DNA from: Psammoneis japonica
Taxonomy: Eukaryota
Assembly: GCA_008632985.1 (NCBI GenBank)
Contig: QPGO01000052.1
Span: 186,001-250,000, forward strand
DNA: 64,000 nucleotides
Direction of reading: 5' to 3'
The notes beneath the pieces were generated by a model that saw only the letters and a list, made by a program, of their open reading frames with translations, was not told the DNA's origin and ran no database searches. This document shows positions 26,992 to 37,345 of the stretch, piece after piece. Made by a program: the position numbers and the translations under genes. Numbering within the stretch: position 1 is the stretch's first letter; each line of letters opens with the position of its first letter.

Positions 26992-27936
26992 TTGCTCATT
27001 GTCAACCCATTGAGCAACCGCCATCGTCGTTGTTGATTTACCAACGACGCCACTTCAATTCTGCGTGGACCTCCGTGTGTGTTCTACATGCATCGGCAAG
27101 TCCACGCGCATCCAATGCCAGGGCATCGGCAGGAAGTTAACGTCGCCGTCAAGTTTCCTTGCCGCTGGACATCTGGATTGATCACACTGCCTTTGATCGC
27201 TGAAGACATGCATTCAACGGTCATGTCCAAGTCTGTCCTTGATCCTCATCCCTTGACACACCTGTTCATCGGTTGATGGTCAAGAACCCCACATGTTCGA
27301 GGATCTTTGTCGCTGAGGACATGCACATGCACACATGTCTTCACGGCCAAGAACCTGCACCCACTCTTCGGACTGCGGTTTTGCCACCACTCTACAAGCA
27401 CACCGAGTCCATTGCACCTGATCTGCCCCGGACTGCTGGTGCTCTGCAGTTCCACTGGGTCCACGAGGACGACTGTGAGAGCAAGCAGCCGTGATTGCAG
27501 TCTGCGTTGGGGCGAGGGTGCTTTCCCGCATTTGTTCGTTCGTCCACAGCGCCTGACGCCTACGTCAACTGGCCAGCCTGATCGGGAAATCCAACCGACA
27601 CAAAACAAGAACGGTTCGGGGGTCTTGTCCACCTCTGGTCAGCTTACCTGCAGGGGTTTACAACCCGCTGCTCCGCTCGCAAGCAACCCAAAGCGCCGCC
27701 AGCTGCAGGTTCGGACGTGCCGGCACAACTCTGCGGACCGGATGGGAAGTTTAGCACTTGACAACGAACGGGACAGCACAACCCGGCGACTTCTGATTTT
27801 AAGACAGTCCAAGATTTCAAGTCAAGTCTAGCTCAAGTCAAGTCTTTTTCAAGCCAAGTTCCAAGTCAAAACTCCGAGTCAAGATCGCGCTCTAGATTGG
27901 ATCTTGTCTTTTGTTTCTACTGCACCGTCCTCCGTC

Positions 27937-30201
27937 ATGGTTCTCACGCGACAGCAACAAACCGAAAGCTTCAAGTGCATTCTAGGCACTGTGCTCAATC
28001 AAGACAATGACAGCCCTCTTCGTTCTGCCCTGTCCATCAACGGGATTGAATCGTGCGAGGAATTGTTCACGTTCTCACCCACCCAAATTGACACCCTCAC
28101 TTGCAGAGACGGCGCCAATGTAGTGCCTTTGCCACGGACCCACAGAAACCTCCTAGCAGCTTTGATCAGCTTCCACTTTGTCAAAGTTTGCAACGGTGAT
28201 GATGTGACCAATGAACCCCAGTTGCTCACACCCGAGGAATTTTGCAACTGCCGCCTTGGTCCGGACCACTTGACCTCTCTAGCCACTGGCGCAGCACCCT
28301 CCACACCTGTGCCGAGTCCCTTGCCATCCAAACCAGGTGAACCCAGTGCCATTTTGACACCAGCCTTGCACTGTGCCACCACTCAGGTGTCCCCTAGAAG
28401 TGGTGTCAGTCGCGCCCCGCATGTCTTGACCAACCCGCCTGCAAGCAACCTCGGCCCAGTGCAGGATTGCAGCCCTTGCACAGACCCGCACTTCGAGGCC
28501 AGTTGGGACACTCCACCCATGGCTTCCAAAGCTGCAGCCTTTGCACCCTGCAAACCACTTGCTGCCAACCTCCACGTGTCGACCGCTGTCACCCTTCACA
28601 GTCTTCGTTTGGGAAGTGATGGAGATGACAACTTGCTTCTCGCATCTCCTGATGGGGAGCCTCCTTTTCCCGTCATTGAATCTGTTCACAACAGTTCAAC
28701 CAGTTCATCAGATGGGGAGTTCAGGACATCCAAGCAGCTTCGTTGTCTTCGGATCCTCCAAGCATCGTACCTCGAGACCAGGCCTCCTGATTGGATGCCT
28801 CAAGTCTCGTGCCTCGAGACTGGGCCTCCTGATTGGATGCCTCAAGTCTCGTGCCTTGAGACCAGGCCTCCTGACCGGATGCTCCAAGTCTCGCACCTTG
28901 AGACCAGGCCTCCTGATTGGATGCCTCAAGTCTCGTACCTCGAGACTGGGCCTCCTGATTGGATGCCTCAAGTCTCGTGCCTTGAGACCAGGCCTCCTGA
29001 CTGGATGCTCCAAGTCTCGTGCCTTGAGACCAGGCCTCCTGATTGGATGCCTCAAGTCTCGTACCTCGAGACCAGGCCTCCTGATTGGATGCCTCAAGTC
29101 TCGTGCCTCGAGACTGGGCCTCCTGGTTGGATCCCCCAAGTCTCGTACCTCGAGACCAGGCCTCCTGATTGGATGCCCCAAGTCTCGTACCTCGAGACCA
29201 GGTCTCCTGATTGGATGTCCCAAGTCTCGCACCTCGAGACTGGGCCTCCTGATTGGATGCCTCAAGTCTCGTGCCTTGAGACTGGGCCTCCTGATTGGAT
29301 GCCCCAAGTGTCGTACATCGAGACTGGGCCTCCTGATCGGATGCCCCAAGTCTCGTGCCTTGAGACCAGGCCTCCCAACTGGACTCTCCACGTCTCGTGC
29401 CTCAAGACCGGGCCTCCCAATTGGATCCTCCACATCTCACACCTCAAGACTCGGCCTCCGGATTGGATCCCTCAAGTCTTGCACCACGAGACTCGGCCTC
29501 CTGATTGGATCCCCCAAGTCTCGCACCTCAAGACTTGGCCTCCTGATTGGATCCCCGAAGACTCGTGTCACAAGACTGGCAAGTCCTTTTGGATCCCAGA
29601 AGTCTTGCAGCACGGGACTGGTTGCCCCAATCAGACATCTGCAGCCTTGCACCACAAGATGTCTTGCTCCAATCCAATCCCCGAAGGCTTGCACCTTGAG
29701 ACTCGTTTCTCCAATTGGATCAGTCTCTCAGGAGATGCAGCTGAGCTTGCAATCGGATTGGTGGAACACAAGACCACCGCTTGTGCCTTTGAACTCATGC
29801 TTGCTCTGTTCCCCGAGTCGTGCAAATGCCATGCCACCCTGCACGAGCACTGCTCTGTTTTTCTAGCAGCAGCCCAGTGTGGCAACTGTCCCAAGAACCA
29901 ACAGACGGACATCAGTCTTTATGACCTTCGCTCAGGAAGTGAAGGCGATGTCAACTTGTTTGCATTGTCCTGCAATGTTGCCCTGCCGTTCAACATTGTC
30001 AACCAGACCAAGCTTTGCTCCTTCCATTGCAAGTGCGGATGTGGAATCCCACAAGATCCCAAGTGTGCCTTGAGCTTTGAAAAGCACAACGGCATCTGCA
30101 ATTGGGGAGACGCAGCTCATCTCAAGATGACCCACTTGGAGAATGCAACGTTGCTCTTGGATCTTGATCCTTTCTTGTCTCCTCATGTTTTGGTGCTTTG
30201 A
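27937..30201 (+). CDS. Element ORF: gag-like N-terminus + 14-aa repeat array + short pol remnant; no RT/RNase H/integrase core
   Basis: 'MVLTRQQQ...FKCILGTVL...SPLRSALSINGIES' resembles diatom copia gag starts. 'CKCGCGIPQDPKCALSFEKHNGICNWGDA' resembles, from memory, the pre-RT copia segment 'YKYGY.IP.DY..AL..D..NG...W.DA' with Y replaced by C. Confidence 0.7.
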   Translation: MVLTRQQQTESFKCILGTVLNQDNDSPLRSALSINGIESCEELFTFSPTQIDTLTCRDGANVVPLPRTHRNLLAALISFHFVKVCNGDDVTNEPQLLTPEEFCNCRLGPDHLTSLATGAAPSTPVPSPLPSKPGEPSAILTPALHCATTQVSPRSGVSRAPHVLTNPPASNLGPVQDCSPCTDPHFEASWDTPPMASKAAAFAPCKPLAANLHVSTAVTLHSLRLGSDGDDNLLLASPDGEPPFPVIESVHNSSTSSSDGEFRTSKQLRCLRILQASYLETRPPDWMPQVSCLETGPPDWMPQVSCLETRPPDRMLQVSHLETRPPDWMPQVSYLETGPPDWMPQVSCLETRPPDWMLQVSCLETRPPDWMPQVSYLETRPPDWMPQVSCLETGPPGWIPQVSYLETRPPDWMPQVSYLETRSPDWMSQVSHLETGPPDWMPQVSCLETGPPDWMPQVSYIETGPPDRMPQVSCLETRPPNWTLHVSCLKTGPPNWILHISHLKTRPPDWIPQVLHHETRPPDWIPQVSHLKTWPPDWIPEDSCHKTGKSFWIPEVLQHGTGCPNQTSAALHHKMSCSNPIPEGLHLETRFSNWISLSGDAAELAIGLVEHKTTACAFELMLALFPESCKCHATLHEHCSVFLAAAQCGNCPKNQQTDISLYDLRSGSEGDVNLFALSCNVALPFNIVNQTKLCSFHCKCGCGIPQDPKCALSFEKHNGICNWGDAAHLKMTHLENATLLLDLDPFLSPHVLVL
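28759..29598 (+). repeat. 42 bp coding minisatellite, about 20 units (QVS[Y/C/H]LET[R/G]PPDWMP)
   Basis: The unit caagtctcg(ta/tg/ca)cctcgagac(ca/tg)ggcctcctgattggatgcct is repeated in frame. Confidence 0.95.
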
Positions 30202-30267
30202 CTCCAAAGTTCTTTAGTCAATCCGAAGTCGAATCTGTTTCTGTGACTCCTCAAGCAAACTGGGGAG

Positions 30268-30543
30268 TGACAGGATTTGAACAGGATTTAGGTGCGCGCG
30301 AAACATCGCGCGCTGTTTAGTTTGCCGCGCACAGTTTTGTGTGCTTTAGTTCCGCGCGTTCGCGCGCGATGTAGTTTGCTTTCGAGCCACAAGGCTCACA
30401 AGAATGACAACAGTAGCCCGATTATGCCGACCCACATGTCTTTCGGCTCCTGCAACGGTCTCTGAGCGGAGACTCATCTGCCATTTAGACAGCAGCAAGG
30501 AGTTGTTGTTTGAATTCTTGCCATTTGCCTTCAATTTCTGTCA
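30268..30543 (+). repeat. 3' LTR
   Basis: Direct repeat of 26705-26980, preceded by the polypurine tract and followed by the TSD GCAGC. Confidence 0.95.
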
Positions 30544-32932
30544 GCAGCTCCATGATGACTCTGGTGCACTGCACTTGCATCAAGAAGGAAACAAATGCCC
30601 ACCTGACTGGACAGTGCACGCAAATCAGCTCTTTTGCATGTGGAGGAGCTGTGGGAAGAGCATGTGATCATCTGGATCATGGGTTTGACACAGACTCTGA
30701 CAGCCCTGCCAATGCCAAATGGCAGAGGTCAAGCTGACAGTGATTTGCAACAAGTGCCAAGAGCACCTGGCAAAAGACCATGGCATTTTGTCAGATTCAG
30801 CAGAGGAGCATGCATGGAACCAAGAGTTCTCTGCAGTGCGTGCATGCAGAGCTGGATCTCAACTGTCCAACCTGGCCAAGTTGAGAGTTTGCAAAAAGCA
30901 AAGCACCTGGCACTTCATGGCACACACACACACCATCTCCAGCTGCTTCTGTCAGGCTGACCCCCCTCTGGGTGGCACCATTCCAAGCTGATCACAGTGG
31001 CTTCTGCCATGCTCCTCATTGAGTGTGCTGGAAGCATGGGTTGGCTGGCGCCGGCAAGCACAATGCACTTGATTTGCCACTGGCACTGATGCAAACATTT
31101 TGCCAGACAAACTTGTTGGTCACAGGCTTGTTTTCTTTTTTTGAAATCATGCAGAAAAAGTTGCCAAATCTCCACATTCCGTGTGTGCAGGGATGGTGTG
31201 TTGCCTTCCTTGTTCCACACAACCAACAGACCTTTGAGAGCCACACAGCATCTCCTGAGTGGGGACAAGTTGGTGCAGTGCTTGTCACCAGGTCACGGCC
31301 CCACTTTGCAATCAAATTGTGCATCTTTTGCCTTTTGTCTCTTGGCAAACCTTTTCGAAGTCTCAAAACAGCCTGGGAAGTGCTGCACCCAGTTTTCTTT
31401 GAATTGGAGAAGACTTGCACTCCCTCTGCAAGGGCGGAATTTTGCATGCAGGTTGCACCACCATCCTCACCTTCCTCGCGACCACAGTTGCAGAAAAGAC
31501 ATGCAGCCGGAAAATCCACCTCAGGCTCAAGAAGGAGAGGTGCAAGGCTGAAAAGAGAGTCATCGAAGGAAACTTGAATCCAAGTGTCTGTTTTGTCTCT
31601 GTCATTTGGATGGAGATCTTTGTCATTTTGTTTCATGGATTTTGAACAAAGCAGGGGGGTGCCACTTTGAGGGCACAACAGAAAGCTCCGCGATCACTGA
31701 CATTGTCAGGCATTGGAGATGCCCACATCGGTGGGTGCATTTCCATGTCATGCAGCTCTTTGTGGAGATTCAGAGAAGCGATTTGTTTGTGTGCATGACA
31801 ACAAAGCAATTTCAGCAAAGACAACAAAGCTGAGCTGCTTTCCCCATGTGCAGCTTGCAACATTTTTGAAACAACGGCAAAAGGAGGCAGCCTGTCTTCA
31901 ACCTTCTGCTCTCCACACTTCATGCCGGCAGTGTCACTCTTCTCACCATTGGGCATTCTCAGGATTTGACGCTTCTTTTTTTTCTGGGATGCTGCTGCTG
32001 CTGCTGCTGCTGCTGCAATTTTGGTGGTTTTTCCCTTTGAGCTTTGAGGGATGAGGGCATCCTGTCGAATCAAGTCGTCGGCGACTTTGAACAATCTTGG
32101 AGGCTTTCCCACATTGATCTTCTTCGCTGAAACTTTTCAAACCACAAAATCCTCTGGAGAAGTCTTGATCCACCCCACAATCTCCCAACTGTTGAATTGA
32201 GGTGCTGGCGGCATTTGCGATGTTGTTGCCAAATGGTTTTCTGGCAACATGTGTGGCGGCGGTGGGTTTGGAAAAGAGCCGCCGATTGCGATGGAATTCA
32301 AGTGACACCGAAGCGGCAACATGTTGATGATCTTGCATCTTGACATGCATTGGAGGGTGAGTCTGGCTTCTTCTTGTTCAAATCCGCACTTTTGTTTTCG
32401 TCGTCGTGTTCTATGTTGCTGCAATGGGTTGAACAGCGGACTCTCTGGGTGTTGTCGTCATGGCTGGGAAGCACTCTCTAACTCTCTGCTCCAGCTCAAG
32501 AGCAGGAGCTTGCTCTCTCCAGCTGCTGCAAGCAGCAGAGAGAGCACTTCAAGCAGCTCTCTGCTCGACCTGCGACACACGCGATGCGGCGATGCTGGCA
32601 GGTCTGCCGACCGAGAGCGAGACACCCCTGTGGCAGGGGAGCTGTGTGTGTGTTCATGGTTGCGTGCACACGGCTTCACCATGCGTTGAGTTTCAATGTT
32701 AATGCACACATGCATGTGCACATTCCACAAGCAAGAATGTGGTTCAGGATTTTTCCTGTTGCTGTTAGCATTTGTGCACAAATGCACAAACAAATGCGTG
32801 AGGACATTTGTGTAAAAATATAATGAATAAGACATAAATCTGCGACGTGCCGGTAACCATGACACCACCCATATTCTCCCCTACCGCCAGCACAGGGGTG
32901 AGAGCGAGAGAGCGCCTGCCTGCACAGCTTGC

Positions 32933-32982
32933 TACATCCGGGCGATTTTTGTGCAAATTTGCACAAAAATCACCCGGATATA
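32933..32982. repeat. 50 bp near-perfect spacerless palindrome
   Basis: tacatccgggcgatttttgtgcaaa|tttgcacaaaaatcacccggatata, two mismatches. Confidence 0.9.
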
Positions 32983-33132
32983 AAGTTACAACCGAAAATT
33001 CTGGATGGACGTACGGTACAGTAGTCTACGGTAGCTACGACGTGAGCAGGCTCGCTCATCATCGCCGCAACTTGCGATTACTTCCAACCAAGCTTCCAGC
33101 TTCCAGCACTACAATACTACCTTATTCTATCA

Positions 33133-33519
33133 ATGATGTCAGACAGTTCATACGCTGCCGCCACCCGACACCGTCGTCCATATTCTATTGCTGGACGTCC
33201 TCCTGTATTGGAAATCATCGATGATGCATGGACCGCAGATACTCTGACGGACGATGAGATTGACGCAGGACGTCACGAGGCTGTCATTGCTCCGCTGCTG
33301 GAGGAAGGGGAACTCGACGCTGATGCGGTAGTCATGACCACTGGAAACTCGGCGTCAGCGCACCTTACTGCAGAAAGGCGAAAGAAAGATGAGGGATGGA
33401 ATGATTTGGGTTTGGATCAATTTGACACTGTGCAAGGTTCAACCTGTGCAGTTGATGCCGGGCCTGCTGCTTCGAACAACAGCGGCCAACAGCGGGAGCA
33501 GCAGCAGCAGCAGCAATAG
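33133..33519 (+). CDS. APC13: Anaphase-promoting complex subunit 13 (Apc13/Swm1)
   Basis: 'VLEIIDDAWTADTLTDDEI' and 'KKDEGWNDLGLDQF' match the two conserved APC13 blocks (LDLIDDAW..D.L; E.KWTDLAL). Confidence 0.85.
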   Translation: MMSDSSYAAATRHRRPYSIAGRPPVLEIIDDAWTADTLTDDEIDAGRHEAVIAPLLEEGELDADAVVMTTGNSASAHLTAERRKKDEGWNDLGLDQFDTVQGSTCAVDAGPAASNNSGQQREQQQQQQ

Positions 33520-34344
33520 TGTGGTTTTCGATGTGGATTGTCAGCTGTCTGTTGGTGTCTTGAATTGGTCCGAGCTAGTTTACAGGTGCAATAACTACGC
33601 GGTGCGATCGCTTTCGATGAATGGCCGAGTCAGTGACAACTTGGAGCGTACTTTTGCATTCTCTGGGAACTTAGCAAAACGAGAATGGTCTCGCTGCGCT
33701 GGTTGCATCGTGTGTCTCCATCTATTTTCTCTATAGAGAAAGAGATAAAAAAGTGCAACAAGGTTTTTCAACATTTTCTACTCTTCTATTATAGATTACT
33801 TGTTCATGGCCCGTCCATACCGGAATCAATCGTGACATAATCACATGCTTGTAAAGGGGAAACTAGTACACCAAAGTTCTTACTCCTAATGTTTCTCCAC
33901 TATTGCCTCCAGAAACTTAAGCAGATCCAAAGATTCTGGGTCTTAATGGCTTTGCTGCTCACTCACAAAAGCTTAAACTAGTCCAGAGTGCTATCAGACT
34001 GCGATAATGAAGCAACGATAGAGCAGTCAAAGGCCTCTTAAGCTCATAAGAGCATTTACTGTACCTCTCAAAAGCTCGGGGTCGCACTCATGTTTCCAAT
34101 TGAATCCTCATTGACTCAAGAAGTGACCATGAGAAACGATTAACTATGCTACTTTTCTAATCCCATCGCAAGAGAAAAGTGCTTCTCTTTCTCGAACGAT
34201 CTCTCTGTCTCTCTCTCTAACGATTGATCGATCGATCGATAGAGTTTCTTCTCGGGTGGATGGATCTGTTTATGTCGCTTTTTCCGTTTTATTCTGGATC
34301 ACTACACTGACTGAAGGATCTAAGAGGGGCACCTGCGGTGAGCC

Positions 34345-34592
34345 TTACAGTGTACTCTCTGCTCTAGAGTGGAGTCTACGCTGTACTCTACTCTCTCTAG
34401 AGAGCTAGCCACTAGAGTCTACTCTAGCTTTTAGATAGAGACTTTACTACTCTACTTTAGAGTAGCTACTCTCCCTCTTACTCTCTACTCTAGGCCTCTA
34501 GAGAGTAGCTACCGGTACCGGGCGGTATGGCCCTCTACTCTAGGGCTAGCTACTGTATGTAGAGAGGTCTACTCTCATAGATACAGTAGAGA
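34345..34592. repeat. CTA/TAG/CTAG-rich low-complexity island
   Basis: ctctactctctctagagagctagccactagagtctactagc... and ctaccggtaccgg. Confidence 0.8.
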
Positions 34593-34849
34593 GGGGACGG
34601 ACGGACCACCAGAAGCAATGTGACGTCATCGACATAAAGAATTGCACTGATGATGATGTCACACAAAGCCACGTCAGCTATCCGTCAGCGCCTTCAAATT
34701 TTCGAAAAAATTGAAGGCGCTTCGTACAATCTCTGTAGAAACTGTACGAAGACATAATTTTGTCGGATGGAGAAACGGAAATCAAAGTCTGATCAAAGAC
34801 GACTCTCTAGTAGATATTTTTGTTCCTGATCTTGACGCTCTCTCTGACG

Positions 34850-35389
34850 ATGACGAAGGTAATTTCCGGCCTGATCTTCGTGACTTTTTGCGCATTCCAA
34901 GGCACAACAGCCTTCATCGTACGCACCTCGGATAAACGTTGCCACACGGTGCTTTCGGAAACAGCGTTTGAACCACGTGACAAAGTGATGCAACAGAGGT
35001 CGCAAGAATGGCAGGAAGAATGGCAGGAGCAAATCCCGTTCAACAGTACGTTCACATGACCCATATCGTTCAGATACATTTGATCAAAGTTCCTCTCTAA
35101 CAACAGGTCTTTTCTTCTGTGCATGACAGATATGCAATATCCTGCTTACTACACCCCATCTGACCGTCGCGCTGTATCAGACCAAGAGCGGATCTGGAGT
35201 CGGGATCGTGAATACAACTGGTACGACAGCCATCGCAGCTCTTTCGAAGAGGAGCGCCAGAGCCGATTCGCACCTTATTCCACTCGCTCTAACTATTATT
35301 CAGGCGTTTACGAAGAGAAAAGGTCAGGTTCCAAGTGGGGCAACCGAATGCGCCGGGCAGCGTTTTGGCTGAAGACGCGATGCTCGTAG
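34850..35389 (+). CDS. Small hypothetical protein with signal peptide, possibly plastid-targeted (exons 34850-35045, 35130-35389)
   Basis: Hydrophobic leader ending 'TTA-F'. A GTACGT...CAG intron joins two ORFs in frame. Confidence 0.6.
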
Positions 35390-35760
35390 TTAGAGTTGAA
35401 ACGTTTGCGGGACAGTCGATACCGCTGTGTTTGATACAATGCACAATCGAAGGAATGCGAAGGAAAGAGCTAGGCGTGAGAATCCTTCATTCTTTCAGTT
35501 CGATATTCGTCCGTAGATTATTGATGCGCTCCGTTCTGCTGTCAAAAGTGGATCTCGTCGAAACGTTTGGTGTCAGAATAAGAACGAAAACGATACTCGT
35601 AACATACATAAATCTAATGCGTATTTTTTATCTCAGTTTCTATTACCATTTCGACAAACATCGCAGACTCTCCGTTTCACTCTCTGTTTCACAAAGTAAG
35701 AGGTATCATTGGTGACAACTCCAGCTCTCCAATCCGAGCATTGCAGTGAAAACAATTGAA

Positions 35761-37196
35761 ATGTGGGGTAATTTACGAATCAATTGGCGATTGTTTTCCT
35801 CATTGCTGCAAATACTTGGTCGTCCAGAAAGAGACTATAAGAGATGCAACCTCCTCGTCAGACGAATAAGCTGCATGCGGCCGATGACTGCGGTTCCATC
35901 GTTTGCTGGTTGGTCGAGTGAGTCGTCGTCTACTCCCAACGACGCCGCGACCGGCGGCAATCACCGCTACCGTATGTGCACAATGTCATTTTCTCGCCCG
36001 TCGCTGCAGCACCTGTTTCGAGTATGTCTTCGCCCATTGGAGTAGGGTTCGGGACAGCCGCCTTGGGAGATTCTTGTTACGATGCTGTTACCATGGCTCT
36101 CGACGCTGGCTTTCGAAAGTTTGATACCGCCGAAGCGGATTGGTGGTACGATCAGAAGGCTGTTGGATCTGCGTTGGAGTCTTTCTTCTTGGAGCAATTT
36201 AACGATGAGGAATGCAATGGCGGCGAGCACGAGTACTGTTCGCGGACATGCCATTCAGAAGATTTGTTGATATCCACAAAGATACCGCCTTGGTCACTTA
36301 CGTCTGAGTCGGACATTCGCGCTAATGTAAGTAACGATTTTGGGTTCTGTCTCCTTTTTTCATAGTCTTTTTTTAAATTATTATTGAAGCTTACTCTCTG
36401 CCGGATCAATGCCAATACCGTATGTCCAATAGGCTCGAAGGAGTCGCAAAGAGCTGCTTGGTTTTTGTGACCCGCTTACAATCAAGGAGGATCCCGACGG
36501 AAACGTTGTCGAGACTGAATATCCTCTGGATGTCTACTATATTCATGGTAGGTTGGCGTGTTTCCTTCTCGCTGCCACTCGAATGTCGACTCTGTTTTTC
36601 TAACCAGTCGGCTTTCTGCTCCTGTCCAAGCTCCAAAGTGTTGGCCTGGATGGCACCACCGCTGTGACAACGTGGGTGAAACACTTTCCTTGAGAGACGC
36701 GTGGGTGGCAATGGAGGCTGTCGTCGGGTTAGACAACTCGGCGAGACGCATTGGCTTGTCAAATGTGCATCCGCCCGAGCTTCTAGACATAATCAATTTT
36801 GTTCAAGAACGAGAGGCGCGGGGAGACACGAATCCACCACCTCGAATGCCTGATGTTCTTCAAGCCTTTGCCGATCCTCTTTCACCAGCGGCAGAGTTGC
36901 GAAAAATCTGTAAAGAGCATGGCATTGAGTTTGTCAGCTATTCTACGTTGGGTACGCAGCATCATAATCAACCTCGAAACCCGGTTTTAACCAGTGCGCA
37001 AGTACGGGAAACTGCAGCCAAGCATGGGCGCTCAACAGCTGAAGTAGTCCTTAGTTGGGCTCTCCAACGAGGCATGAGCGTCATCCCCCGGTCGAACAAG
37101 GAGCATCATATTCGTGAATTGGCGAACATGCTCACCATGCCACCATTTCTTAGCGAGGAGGATCTAGCCGTCATCGACTCTCTTGAACTTAATTGA
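35761..37196 (+). CDS. Aldo-keto reductase family protein (introns approx. 35918-36009, 36327-36432, 36548-36630; start uncertain)
   Basis: Motifs GFGTA, 'ALDAGFRKFDTA', ISTKIP, 'LDVYYIHAP', IGLSN, SYSTLG and 'VLSWALQRGMSVIPRS'. Confidence 0.9.
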
Positions 37197-37345
37197 ACGA
37201 AAAAGGAATCTTATTGGTTTTGGACGTGCTATCCTACCGTACATTTGTTTTTAAAAAATAAGATTTGTAGATGTAGTGCACACTGTGAGGGACTTTTGTC
37301 GCAACACTGCTGTGACTCCTGCGTCCCATTTCTTCTTTGTTGTGC

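Larger units (their letters stand above)
26705..30543 (+). mobile_element. Non-autonomous Ty1/copia (CoDi-like) LTR retrotransposon, 3839 bp
   Basis: Two 276 bp direct repeats start TGACAG and end CTGTCA. 5 bp target-site duplication GCAGC at 26700-26704 and 30544-30548. Purine tract GGGGAG before the 3' LTR, putative PBS after the 5' LTR, and a gag/pol-remnant ORF. Confidence 0.95.
23720..32800. other. TpA-depleted degenerate block 3 (contains a nested LTR element)
   Basis: TA is nearly absent. CpG is absent in 23.8-26.7 and 30.55-32.0 kb but retained in the LTR element and in 32.06-32.7 kb. Confidence 0.85.

Noticed and set aside
28759..29598. CRISPR-like appearance of the 42 bp array
   Set aside because: The units are contiguous with no unique spacers, lie in frame inside a TE ORF, and there are no cas genes; the context is eukaryotic.
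28541..29866. Alternative-frame and antisense repeat ORFs (441 aa +, 241 aa -)
   Set aside because: They stay open only because the repeat unit is a multiple of three and lacks stops.
33740..34340. Possible RNA gene in the ORF-free intergenic stretch
   Set aside because: No tRNA cloverleaf, rRNA or snRNA motif was recognisable by eye here or elsewhere in the window.
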